Part shown: positions 47,145 to 56,387 of the stretch, one piece after another | How the letters are laid out: the number at the start of each line of letters is the position of its first letter | How positions within the stretch are numbered: the stretch's first letter is position 1 | Assembly (NCBI RefSeq): GCF_947491795.1 | Contig: NZ_CANLKW010000007.1 | Location: 1,915 to 65,914 of the forward strand | DNA length: 64,000 bases | Direction of reading: 5' to 3' | DNA from: an uncultured Roseobacter sp. | Lineage (GTDB): Bacteria; Pseudomonadota; Alphaproteobacteria; Rhodobacterales; Rhodobacteraceae | Notes under the pieces: generated by a model | Database searches by the model: none | Told to the model about the DNA's origin: nothing | What the model saw: only the letters and a program-made list of their open reading frames with translations | Position numbers and translations under genes: made by a program

Positions 47145-47317
47145 TGGCTGTGGAAATCGGAACGCTGGTGCTCAGGGGCCGGTTCGGGCCTGCGCGCGAG
47201 GATACGGGCGCACAGGTGCCCGATATGACGGAGGCTTTTGAAGAGCTGCGCCGCGATCTGCTGCGCGCGATGGACGAGCGCATGGACGAGGCCGCGCGCC
47301 GGAGCCGGGAGCGCTGA
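47144..47317 (+). CDS. Small eCIS protein (57 aa; Afp6/DUF5908-like), below the ORF-track cutoff
   Basis: Hand translation: MAVEIGTLVLRGRFGPAREDTGAQVPDMTEAFEELRRDLLRAMDERMDEAARRSRER*. The ATG overlaps the tube gene stop. The N-terminal M-x-(I/V)-E-I-x-x-L-x-(I/L)-R pattern recalls DUF5908 (from memory). Confidence 0.5.
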   Translation: MAVEIGTLVLRGRFGPAREDTGAQVPDMTEAFEELRRDLLRAMDERMDEAARRSRER

Positions 47318-47320
47318 TCC

Positions 47321-48007
47321 ATGGCCAAGCTCAAGATCATCCGGTGCTCGATTGAAGCGAGCAAGATCGAGCCCAAAAGCGGTGCGGCTAACACCTTTGA
47401 GGCGACGATCAATCCTGAAAGCTACAGCCATAACTTTTCGCTGAAATACACCGGTACAATGGGCAAGGGCGACGGGGCCGTGGGCAAATCGGGTGCCATC
47501 CCGAAATATTCCATGGCTGATCCCGAAAAGATGAGCTTTTCGCTGACCGTGGATGGCACAGGTGTGGTGCCGGATGCCGCCGATCTGACGGTGGCGGACC
47601 AGATCGATCAGCTGCGCACCGTTTGTTATGATTACGACGGCGACGAGCACGAGCCCACGGCGGTCAAGATCATCTGGGGCAACGGGCTCAAGGAGTTCTT
47701 TGGCCGGCTGACGGATATGTCGGTGGATTACACGCTTTTCAGCCCGGATGGCACGGCCCTGCGCGCCAAGATCAAGCTGAACTTTATCGAGGCCCGCACC
47801 GCCGCCCAGGAAGCACTGGAGGCCAAGCGGCGCTCGCCGGACCTGACGCATGTGATCCGGGTACAGAGCGGCGATACGCTGCCGCTGCTGTGCCACCGCA
47901 TCTACAAGGATGCGGGCAAGTACCTCGAAATCGCCGCCTTTAACGATCTCGACAATTTCCGGGACCTGGAGCCAAACACGCTCCTGCGGTTCCCGCCGAT
48001 GAGGTGA
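47321..48007 (+). CDS. Tube-initiator/baseplate hub protein with C-terminal LysM domain (Afp7/Pvc7-like)
   Basis: MAKLKIIRC...FEATINPESYSHNF is a tube-like N-terminus. The C-terminal part HVIRVQSGDTLPLLCHRIYKDAGKYLEIAAFNDLDNFRDLEPNTLLRFPP is a LysM domain. Confidence 0.8.
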   Translation: MAKLKIIRCSIEASKIEPKSGAANTFEATINPESYSHNFSLKYTGTMGKGDGAVGKSGAIPKYSMADPEKMSFSLTVDGTGVVPDAADLTVADQIDQLRTVCYDYDGDEHEPTAVKIIWGNGLKEFFGRLTDMSVDYTLFSPDGTALRAKIKLNFIEARTAAQEALEAKRRSPDLTHVIRVQSGDTLPLLCHRIYKDAGKYLEIAAFNDLDNFRDLEPNTLLRFPPMR

Positions 48008-48013
48008 GGGATC

Positions 48014-49780
48014 ATGGCTGACAGTCCGGAAACAGGTTCAACAGGCCCCGTCGGGATCACCCTCAAGATCGAAGGGGCTGCCGTCTCTGACGAAATCCTT
48101 ATAGCGTCGGCGCGGGTGCGCAGCGGTCTGAACCGCATCCCCGAGGCACAGGTCACCATTTTGTCCGGATCGTTGCAGACAGAGGATTTTTCCCAGCTCG
48201 ACGCCGCAGACTTTGTGGCGGGCAAGGAAATAGAGATTGCCGCCTTTTACGGCGAAGGGGCGGAACAGTCGCTGTTCAAGGGGCTGATTATTTCGAGCCG
48301 CGCCAGGATCGACAGCAATACAGGTCTGCGTCTTGAACTTTATTGCCGCGACAAGGCCATCGGCATGACCGAAATCCGCAAATCGGTGCGCTATGAGGCG
48401 CAAAAAGACAGTGACATCATGTCGGCCATCATCGGCGATTTCGCTCTGACGGCGGATGTGGAGGCCACGACGGATACCGCCGCAGATAAGCTGCGCGCAG
48501 GCACAACCGACTGGGACTATCTGCGCCTGCTTGCGGACCGCAACGGCCAGGTGATCAGTGTCAGTGCAGGTAAGGTTTCTGTCAAAGCGCCGGATACCTC
48601 GGCGGCGGCGGGCCTGGAGGTCACCGTGGGTGCCGATGTTCTGGAGCTCGACATCGAGATTGATTCCCAGCGCATGATCAAATCGGCCAGCGCGACATCC
48701 TGGGACGACATCACACAGGAAACCGTGTCGGGCACCTCGACGACCGTGACCGGGCTGACACCGGATAATGTCACTGCCGCAAATCTCGCCAAAGTTCTCA
48801 GCGACCGCGAACATACAGCCTTTACCGCCGCAACAATTGCATCTGCCGAGCTGACCACGCGGAGCAAGGCGCGGACCACGCGGGCAGGTCTGGGGGCAGT
48901 GTCGGGGTCGGTTACCTATCAGGGAAACAGCACGGTTGAGCCGGGCAAAACCCTGGACATCAAGGGTTTTGGTGAACGCTACAGCGGCACAGGATATGCC
49001 GTCTCTGTCGAGCACAGAATAGAGACAGGCACCTGGCTGACAGTGTGCCGGCTGGGCCTGCCGCCGGACTGGACGTCTGACAGCGCGGGTTTTGCCAGCC
49101 CCGCAGCAGAGGCCATGAATACGCCGGTACACGGGTTGCAGATCGGCAAGGTCCTCGCTGTGGCCGAAGACCCCGATTCCCGGCTGCGCATCCAGATCCG
49201 CCTGCCCGTGGTCGGGGACCCGGCCGCAGAAGTCTGGGCGCGCTATGCGCAGCCCTATGCCTCGTCGGGTGCAGGTATCCAGTTTCTGCCCGAAGTGGAC
49301 GACGAGGTGGTTGTGGCCTTTCTGAACGCTGATCCGGAAGCGCCGGTCATTGTCGGCTCGCTGCACAACGGAACCGCCGCGCGGCCGATCGAGGCCGAAG
49401 AGGACAATAACTTTAAAACGATCACCACCCGCTCGGAACTCAAGATGACCTTTGACGACGACAAAAAGATCATCACCGTCAGCACCCCGGGCGGGCATAT
49501 CCTGACGCTGGACGACGACGCCAGCACCTTTTCCATGGTGGATATGAACGGCAATTCCATCGTCATGGACGACAGCGGCATCGCCATCACATCTGACAAG
49601 GACATTACCATTACGGCCACGCAGAACATCACGGCAGAGGCCACGCAGGATGCAACCATCGAAGGCATGAACATCACCTGCACGGCACAGACCGAACTGA
49701 CGGTCGAGGGCAATGCAAGCGCCAAACTGTCGTCCGGGGGGCAGACCACGGTCGAGGGCTCGATCGTGATGATTAACTGA
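48014..49780 (+). CDS. VgrG-like spike (Afp8/Pvc8-like: gpD-like plus gp5 OB plus beta-helix)
   Basis: GLQIGKVLAVAEDPDSRLRIQIRLPV..EVWARYAQPYASSGAGIQFLPEVDDEVVVAFLNADPEAPVIVGSLHNG, then beta-helix repeats (ITVSTPGGHILTLDDDASTFSMVDMNGNSIVMDDSGIAITSDKDITITA). Confidence 0.9.
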   Translation: MADSPETGSTGPVGITLKIEGAAVSDEILIASARVRSGLNRIPEAQVTILSGSLQTEDFSQLDAADFVAGKEIEIAAFYGEGAEQSLFKGLIISSRARIDSNTGLRLELYCRDKAIGMTEIRKSVRYEAQKDSDIMSAIIGDFALTADVEATTDTAADKLRAGTTDWDYLRLLADRNGQVISVSAGKVSVKAPDTSAAAGLEVTVGADVLELDIEIDSQRMIKSASATSWDDITQETVSGTSTTVTGLTPDNVTAANLAKVLSDREHTAFTAATIASAELTTRSKARTTRAGLGAVSGSVTYQGNSTVEPGKTLDIKGFGERYSGTGYAVSVEHRIETGTWLTVCRLGLPPDWTSDSAGFASPAAEAMNTPVHGLQIGKVLAVAEDPDSRLRIQIRLPVVGDPAAEVWARYAQPYASSGAGIQFLPEVDDEVVVAFLNADPEAPVIVGSLHNGTAARPIEAEEDNNFKTITTRSELKMTFDDDKKIITVSTPGGHILTLDDDASTFSMVDMNGNSIVMDDSGIAITSDKDITITATQNITAEATQDATIEGMNITCTAQTELTVEGNASAKLSSGGQTTVEGSIVMIN

Positions 49781-49813
49781 AGCGACACGACAACAAGAGG
49801 GGGGTCCGGGGGG

Positions 49814-50104
49814 ATGCCACCAGCAGCAAGACTGACCGATATGCACACCTGTCCCGCAGTGAACGGGGTGGTGCCCCATGTGGGCGGCCCGATCGTCGGA
49901 CCGGGTGAGGCGACGGTACTGATTGTCGGCCTTCCGGCGGCGGTGCAGGGCGATAACTGTGTCTGCGTGGGGCCAACAGCCTCGATCACCAAAGGCTCGG
50001 CCACGGTGATGATCGGCGGCAGCCCTGCGGCCCGGATGGGGGACACAACCGCGCATGGCGGCGTCATTGTCGCGGGCGCGCCAACTGTGATCATCGGGGG
50101 CTGA
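49814..50104 (+). CDS. PAAR-domain spike tip protein (Afp10-like)
   Basis: AARLTDMHTCP...GPIVGPGEATVLIVGLPAAVQGD.CVC.......ITKGSATVMIGGSPAARMGDTTAHGG. Confidence 0.9.
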   Translation: MPPAARLTDMHTCPAVNGVVPHVGGPIVGPGEATVLIVGLPAAVQGDNCVCVGPTASITKGSATVMIGGSPAARMGDTTAHGGVIVAGAPTVIIGG

Positions 50105-50108
50105 GAAC

Positions 50109-50546
50109 ATGGAAGAAAACGATCCAGGGTTCCTTGGCCGCGGCTGGCATTTCCCGCCCGTGTTCGACCCCGCAACAGGAGAAGTTCAGATGGTCCAGTC
50201 CGAAGAGGACGTGGCCGAGAGCCTGCGCATTCTGATGAACACGCGGCCCGGCGAACGGATCATGCAGCCCGCCTATGGCTGCCGCATCCATGACTATGTG
50301 TTCGAGCCGAACGACGCCGAAACCCAGGCCGGGATCGAAACCGCGATCCGCCAGGCCATTTTGTTTTTTGAGCCGCGCGTCACTCTGCACCGGGTTGAAG
50401 TGATCATGACAGACTGGCTGGAAGGCCGGATCGGCGTGATGCTGGATTACACCGTGGACCAGTCAAACTCGCGCTCGAACATGGTCTACCCGTTCTACAT
50501 CCGCGAGGGCACGCTTGTGTCCGATACCCCGTTACCGGCGATCTGA
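50109..50546 (+). CDS. Baseplate wedge protein, GPW/gp25 family (Afp9-like)
   Basis: FLGRGWHFPPVFD...EEDVAESLRILMNTRPGERIMQPAYGCRIHDYVFEP. Confidence 0.9.
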   Translation: MEENDPGFLGRGWHFPPVFDPATGEVQMVQSEEDVAESLRILMNTRPGERIMQPAYGCRIHDYVFEPNDAETQAGIETAIRQAILFFEPRVTLHRVEVIMTDWLEGRIGVMLDYTVDQSNSRSNMVYPFYIREGTLVSDTPLPAI

Positions 50547-50552
50547 GGGCAC

Positions 50553-51527
50553 ATGGCAATAGTTACCATAACTACTGTTATCAAAAAGACCAGCGCGGGC
50601 GCTGCCGTGCTCGCCCTGGCGGGGTGCGGCGTGTTTCCCGAAGACTTTCCCGTCGTGCCCGATGTGCTCAAGGAACAGGACACCGGGCGGTTCACCGGGC
50701 TGCCCCCCGCCCAGTCCTGCGACCGCAACGAAGTTAAGGACAAGAACATGACCGGCGCGCTGCTGCGTCAGTCCGAAGCGGCGGGTTTCGCCTTTGATAT
50801 TGTCTATGTGACCGGGCGCAGCTCGCGGCTGGGGCTCGCGCCCGAGATTTCCTTTGCCGACCGGTCCGATGCGGACCTGCCCGAAGAGATCGAAGGCGCG
50901 GTGTTTCGCGGATCGCGCAAATCCACCGCCACGCAGCGCAGCGGTTTTGGCCCCGATGACACCCTGCCCAACGTCTATGACATCACCTATTCGGTCTGGG
51001 AAAAGAACTTTTCCGGGCCGGTCGTGCTGGGCCCTGGTGCTGTGGGCGCAGAGATCCCCACCACAGGCGCGTCCACATTCTCTGGCAGGATTGCGCTGCA
51101 GCTGATCACCGCAGACAAAGACGGCAACCCGGTGGAAACCAGCGCCACGGGCAGCTTCAGCCTGCGCGCGGGCTATGGATCGGGGCGGGCATCTTTTGCC
51201 GCCAGCGGCTTTGACGCCGATCTGCCCTTTGACAGTCTGACCTGGGAAAACCTCTTTCTGTGTGGCACGCGCTTTGTCAGCAGCGGCAAGGGCGTTGTTT
51301 CTGTGCGCACAGGCGACGGCCCCGCCCTGCCACCCTTTAAAACCGGGCGCGAACCTGTGCCCTTTACGGCTGTTTTCGAATCCTCGCAGTTTGCGCCCGA
51401 AGAGCGCCCCGGCCCGCCGGTTGCCGCCGGTGGTGTCTTTGCCATTGAAAGCGATGCGGGCACGCTGACGGCTGTGTTCCTCTCGGATCTGCCGCCCGCG
51501 GTCGAAGACGAAGAGGAGGCCGGATGA
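50553..51527 (+). CDS. Predicted lipoprotein with TbpB/fHbp-like beta-barrel pattern, embedded in the baseplate module
   Basis: MAIVTITTVIKKTSAGAAVLALAGCG has an n-region KK, a hydrophobic core and the lipobox LAGC. The C-terminal half (EIPTTGASTFSGRIAL...ATGSFSLRAGYGSGRASFAAS...LFLCGTRFVSSG...AAGGVFAIESDAGTLTAVF) follows the pattern of surface-lipoprotein barrels of the transferrin-binding-protein-like family. Gaps of 6 nt and 1 nt to its neighbours. Confidence 0.7.
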   Translation: MAIVTITTVIKKTSAGAAVLALAGCGVFPEDFPVVPDVLKEQDTGRFTGLPPAQSCDRNEVKDKNMTGALLRQSEAAGFAFDIVYVTGRSSRLGLAPEISFADRSDADLPEEIEGAVFRGSRKSTATQRSGFGPDDTLPNVYDITYSVWEKNFSGPVVLGPGAVGAEIPTTGASTFSGRIALQLITADKDGNPVETSATGSFSLRAGYGSGRASFAASGFDADLPFDSLTWENLFLCGTRFVSSGKGVVSVRTGDGPALPPFKTGREPVPFTAVFESSQFAPEERPGPPVAAGGVFAIESDAGTLTAVFLSDLPPAVEDEEEAG

Positions 51528-51528
51528 C

Positions 51529-54500
51529 ATGAGCCACCGCTGGCAGGACATCCGCGTGACCCCGGGATCGCTGGCCACCCAGCGGCTGCCGCGTGCCCTG
51601 TCGCCGCGCCGGTTCCGGATCAGGCACGACAGTCTGGCGGCGGCTTTTGCGGCTGCGGGCGCGCGTCTGGGGGCTGCGGATGTTGCTGTAGCGCGCACCG
51701 CCCGCCGGGCACCGCCCTGGGCGCGGCTTTTTCAGAATGAACCGGCCTATCTTTATGCCGAACTGCTGGCCTTCCGCGCAGATGATGCCGGTTTCGCCTT
51801 TGCCGAGGCGCTGGAGCAGGATCCGGGCCAGGCGCTGGTGCTGATCGGGCAACTGGCCACGCGGCTGGATGGCTGGCTGCAGCGGATCAGGATGGAACGC
51901 CCCGTCGTGTTCTCGCGCCAGCTCGAACAGCTCGACCGCGAGGCGGATCTGACAACTCTGGTACGGTCGCTGACCGGCGCGCAGCCCTCGGTGGTGCTGC
52001 GCCGTGCGGGCGAGCATCACACTGTGCGCGAGGCGGAACGCACCAAAGGCGCGCTCGTTGCCGCACGGGCCACCCGCGAACGTCTGCGCGCCATCCACAC
52101 GGTGCTGCGCAACACGGTAACCGCGCTGCAACCGGTGGCGCAAAAGGCCTTTGACGCCCGCATTCATTCGGGTCAGATGGACCCCGGGCTGGGTCTGCTG
52201 GTGGCGGAACTGCGCACAGCGGCCCATGTGGATGCGGCGATCAACGCGCTGCCGGAGCGCCATACAGAGCTCTACTACCGTGACATCATCGGCCAGACAC
52301 CCGCCGGGGCCAGCCCGGAGATGGTGCTGCTGGGTCTGGGTGCCGTGCCCAAACGCGGGCATCTGCCCCAGGGTGCCGGGCTGGAGGCGCTGTTGCCGGA
52401 CGGCACGGTACAGCATTTCACCACAGAGGCAGCCGTCCCCGTCAGCACCGCGCGGATCAGCGATATCCGCACGCTCAGCTACGAGACCAACCCCGACATC
52501 TCTTATAACCGCGCGCTTGGCGGCATCACCGGCCTGCGCGCCGCCCATATCGGGCCACAGCCCGCCGCCGGCGCTGCGACGCTCTTTGACAGCGGGGCGG
52601 AGGTGCCGCTGAACACCGGGCTCGATATCTGCTCTCCGATGCTGTCGCTGGCCGAAGGCACCCGCCGTATCGAGGTCACGCTGCACATGAACCGCAGCTC
52701 CAGCCTGCCCGCCGGGTCGGACTGCGTCGCCTGCGATGATTTCCGCGCCCGCAGTGCACAGCGCGCAGAGGGCACGGCGCGCGATGTGCCGGACCTGCGC
52801 CGCCCGCTCGGCGCGGACCCCGAAAAATATGCGCCGGATGTGCGGCTGGCCCTGGCCGCAGATGCGGATCTGGTGCGCCTTTTCGAGCCGGGCAAGATTG
52901 AAACGGGCATCGACACGCTGACCCGTGACGTCACGGATTACGCGAAAGCCCATGCGCAGACGCCTTCTGTCTCGCTCATCTACCGCGTACTGATGGGCCG
53001 GGTCGAGCGCCCCGACCAGCTGCGCCTGTTGCTGGGGCGGATCGTGAAACTGTCGCTGATCGAACAGCACCCTTTCCCGGCCAACGACTACTGGGACCAG
53101 ATCTATGCGCTGGTCGACCGCTTCCGCCCGGAGCTGACCGGTGCCCGCAAAGGGGCGGACCCGGATCACGGGCAAAGCTCGATGATCTTTTCGGCGTTTT
53201 CGCAAAAACCTGATGGCACCATCGATTATCCGCCCGAGGACGTGTTCCAGAGCCTGCTGGGCGATGCCTTTGACATCACGATCACGACCGATGACGGTCC
53301 GCGCCGCCCCGACATCATGCAGGTGCTGCCCATCCGCCGCAAACAAAGCGCGGGCGGACTGACCCTGAGCCTGCGGTTTGACGAGAGCGCCCCCGCCCTG
53401 ACCGGGCCGGACCATGCCCCGCGCCTGGCCCTGCGCTATGCCACAGATTCGCGGCTCTGCCCGATCTCCTTTTTCGAAGACTACGCGCTGGAAACCATCA
53501 CCATCCGCACCCAGGTCACCGGGCTGCGGCGGCTGGCGGCCTTTTCAGACGCGGGGCCGGTGGTGACAGACCAGACCTTTATGCCCTTTGGACCCCAGCC
53601 AACCGACGGGGCGACCTTTCAGGTCGGCTGCGCCGAGATGGCCCGCAAACCGGTCACAGAAATCGGGATCAGCCTGGGCTGGACCGGAATGCCCAACCCG
53701 GTGGGCGGCTTTGAAAGCCATTATGAGGCCTACGGCAAAGACGTCGATATTCCGGCGCCGGAGCTGACCGTGGAATACCTCAGCGGGGACGGCTGGAAAC
53801 CGGTCAGCAACGGGCCGGTGCCGCTCTTTCAGAACGAGGAGGTCACCGGCGCGCTGCTGCCGGACTGGCAGTTTACCGGCAGGGTCACGGGACACTCTAT
53901 CCCTGCAACCGGCGTTGTGACCGCCAGCGAATACCAGTCCCGCCAGACGATCCGCGCGGGCATGATCCGCATGCATCTTACCGGGACGGCTGGCGGCTTT
54001 CTGGCCAGCCAGTACCCGATGGCACTGGTCGATGCGATGCGACCCCGCCTTATTCCTCTGGGCGCGCGCAAGGTCCCGCCTGCGCCCTATGTTCCCAAAG
54101 TCAGCCGCTTTTCGCTGTCCTATACCGCCGAATCCACGATTGAGCTGAACGCGCCCGATGCTGCGCGCGCCGGCGAGACCGTGTATCAGGCCGGTCCGTT
54201 CGGGTCGGTCTGCGTCTTTCCCAAACGTATGCTGCGGCGCATCCGGCTGTTCCCCGAGCGTATGGGCTATGGCCATGTCGCTTTTCAGCTGACGGGCCGG
54301 GACGCCGCAGGCCCTGTGGCCGTTGCCTTTGACATGGCCCAGTCCGGGCACCTGCGCCTGGTGCCTGCGCCCAACCCACTGCGCTGGGTCTACCTGTCGG
54401 CCACAGGCTGGACCGATCTGCCGGAAACGGCGCTGTCCTCGGACACCACCGCCGGGCTGATGCGCTCTGGTCTCATTGTGATCGACCTGCCCGACGACGC

Positions 54501-55527
54501 GACAGATCATTCGCCGGAAATGCCCCCGGGCGGTGTCTGGATTGCCGCCGTGGCCACCCGGCCCCATCTGCAGATTTTCCCCGCGCTCAGCGCTGTTGCG
54601 GTCAACGGGGTCTGGGCGCGGCGGCAGGACGACACCTGGAAAGACTTTGGCACGCCGCGCACATGGTCCTTTGCCCCTGCCCGCCCCAGCCTGAATGCAC
54701 CGTCAGAAATTGCCACCCCGGCAGAAATACGCCCGCCCGAACCCCCGGGCGCCTTTATCGCGCGGGTGGGCGAACGGCTGCGCCACCGGCGCCGCGCAGT
54801 ACGGCCCTGGGACATGGAGCGCATGGTGCTCGAGGCCTTCCCCGAGGTCTGGATGGCCAAATGCCTGCCCCACCTCAGCCGCCACACGCCCGCACCGACG
54901 CCGGGCACGATCACCATGGTGGTCACGCGCAAACCGCCAACCGATGCAGCCCTGGACAACCCGGCACCAGCGCTCTTTGACGTGGCCACGCTGGAACGGA
55001 TCAGCGCCTGGCTGCGCGACTATGTCACCGAAGAGGCCGCCGTCGATGTGGTCAACCCGACCTTTGAACGCCTGCAGGTACGGGCCAAACTCTCTGTCAC
55101 GGCAGACCGCGAAAACGGTGCAATGGCCCAGATGCTGCGCCGGGATCTGGCGCGCTATCTGTCGGTCTGGACGGCAGACAGCTCGCTGGCGCGGTTTGGC
55201 TGGTCGCTGAATGTGCATATGCTGCGCGCCCATATCAACGGGCTGCCCTATGTCCGCGACATCACCGATTTCTCTGTGCTCCACCTCGCCGGAGACGACG
55301 GCCGCAGCTATCAACTGCTCGACACCGCACAGGCCGGGAACGACCCGCGCGGCGGTGGCTACGGGCCGGTTCTGACACCCCGGTTCCCCTGGAGCCTGCC
55401 GCTTTCAACACCCGATCACATACTCACAATCCTGCCAGAAATTCACGATGAAACGCCCGCGGCCGCCGGTATCGGCAGCCTGACCGTCGGCGACATGCTC
55501 ATCGTAGGCCAGAGGACAATCCCGTGA
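51529..55527 (+). CDS. Baseplate J/gp6-like protein (Afp11/Pvc11-like), 1332 aa
   Basis: The C-terminal block RRAVRPWDMERMVLEAFPEVWMAKCLPH...ITMVVTRK...VNPTFERLQVRAKL is typical of eCIS Afp11 homologues. Position follows gp25. Confidence 0.75.
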   Translation: MSHRWQDIRVTPGSLATQRLPRALSPRRFRIRHDSLAAAFAAAGARLGAADVAVARTARRAPPWARLFQNEPAYLYAELLAFRADDAGFAFAEALEQDPGQALVLIGQLATRLDGWLQRIRMERPVVFSRQLEQLDREADLTTLVRSLTGAQPSVVLRRAGEHHTVREAERTKGALVAARATRERLRAIHTVLRNTVTALQPVAQKAFDARIHSGQMDPGLGLLVAELRTAAHVDAAINALPERHTELYYRDIIGQTPAGASPEMVLLGLGAVPKRGHLPQGAGLEALLPDGTVQHFTTEAAVPVSTARISDIRTLSYETNPDISYNRALGGITGLRAAHIGPQPAAGAATLFDSGAEVPLNTGLDICSPMLSLAEGTRRIEVTLHMNRSSSLPAGSDCVACDDFRARSAQRAEGTARDVPDLRRPLGADPEKYAPDVRLALAADADLVRLFEPGKIETGIDTLTRDVTDYAKAHAQTPSVSLIYRVLMGRVERPDQLRLLLGRIVKLSLIEQHPFPANDYWDQIYALVDRFRPELTGARKGADPDHGQSSMIFSAFSQKPDGTIDYPPEDVFQSLLGDAFDITITTDDGPRRPDIMQVLPIRRKQSAGGLTLSLRFDESAPALTGPDHAPRLALRYATDSRLCPISFFEDYALETITIRTQVTGLRRLAAFSDAGPVVTDQTFMPFGPQPTDGATFQVGCAEMARKPVTEIGISLGWTGMPNPVGGFESHYEAYGKDVDIPAPELTVEYLSGDGWKPVSNGPVPLFQNEEVTGALLPDWQFTGRVTGHSIPATGVVTASEYQSRQTIRAGMIRMHLTGTAGGFLASQYPMALVDAMRPRLIPLGARKVPPAPYVPKVSRFSLSYTAESTIELNAPDAARAGETVYQAGPFGSVCVFPKRMLRRIRLFPERMGYGHVAFQLTGRDAAGPVAVAFDMAQSGHLRLVPAPNPLRWVYLSATGWTDLPETALSSDTTAGLMRSGLIVIDLPDDATDHSPEMPPGGVWIAAVATRPHLQIFPALSAVAVNGVWARRQDDTWKDFGTPRTWSFAPARPSLNAPSEIATPAEIRPPEPPGAFIARVGERLRHRRRAVRPWDMERMVLEAFPEVWMAKCLPHLSRHTPAPTPGTITMVVTRKPPTDAALDNPAPALFDVATLERISAWLRDYVTEEAAVDVVNPTFERLQVRAKLSVTADRENGAMAQMLRRDLARYLSVWTADSSLARFGWSLNVHMLRAHINGLPYVRDITDFSVLHLAGDDGRSYQLLDTAQAGNDPRGGGYGPVLTPRFPWSLPLSTPDHILTILPEIHDETPAAAGIGSLTVGDMLIVGQRTIP

Positions 55528-56387
55528 CCAAACAAGACCGCGCAACCCTCAAATCCTTCTTTCGCAGCGGGGCCCTGCCCACCGCCACGGAATACCGCGA
55601 TCTGATCGACAGTACCGTCAACCAGGTTGATGACGGCTTTGCCAAGACCGACGCAGACGGGCTGCGGCTCAATTCGGTCGGCTCGTCGCTGCGGGTGCTC
55701 AGCCTGTATCAGGGGCTGGGCACGCCGAAACCCTCCTGGGTGCTGGAACATGGCGATGCGCTTGGCGCGCTGCATTTCCGGCCCGATCTGGGCAAGTCCG
55801 CACTGGAGTTCGACGGCGGCGCGGCCCCGGGCACGGACACATCCGGCGATCCGGCCATCGCCGGGCTCTCGATCACCCGCGACGGACGCGTCGGTGTTGC
55901 GCGCGAGGCCCCGGACTGGCGTCTGGACGTGGCAGGTGTGGCCCGGATGCAGGGCCGCATCGGGGTCGCCAGCCATAAAATCCCCTATGTCAAAGCGGAC
56001 GGCAAATGGCACGACATCACCCAGGCAATGACCGGCTGTCAGTGTTTCGAGATCACCGCAGGCACCGGGGGCGACCCGCGCAAGGGGCGCTATTCGATGA
56101 TGCACGCCATTGCGATGAACGCCTTTCACCCGCGCAACCCAATTCTCAACTGGCTGTTCCGCCGGCGTTCGATCAAAACGCAGACGGCGATGTATGGCTC
56201 CTATGCCGACCGGCTGCGGCTGCGCTGGGTCGCGGATGAACAGCAACACCATTTCCGCCTGCAGCTGCGCACCAACGCCAATTTCGGCGAGGGCAAAGTC
56301 GTGCGCTATTATCTGACCCAGCTGTGGTTTGACAGCCTGATGACCGGCGCGCGCGAAGGTGCTGACCGCGATGCGGGGGCGCTGTGA
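55524..56387 (+). CDS. eCIS-operon protein with tail-fibre-like N-terminus (287 aa)
   Basis: TLKSFFRSGALPTATEYRDLIDS and GRVGVAREAPDWRLDVAGVARMQG resemble N-terminal motifs of short fibre/adhesin-like proteins found in CIS loci (from memory). 4-nt overlaps on both sides. Confidence 0.5.
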   Translation: MTKQDRATLKSFFRSGALPTATEYRDLIDSTVNQVDDGFAKTDADGLRLNSVGSSLRVLSLYQGLGTPKPSWVLEHGDALGALHFRPDLGKSALEFDGGAAPGTDTSGDPAIAGLSITRDGRVGVAREAPDWRLDVAGVARMQGRIGVASHKIPYVKADGKWHDITQAMTGCQCFEITAGTGGDPRKGRYSMMHAIAMNAFHPRNPILNWLFRRRSIKTQTAMYGSYADRLRLRWVADEQQHHFRLQLRTNANFGEGKVVRYYLTQLWFDSLMTGAREGADRDAGAL

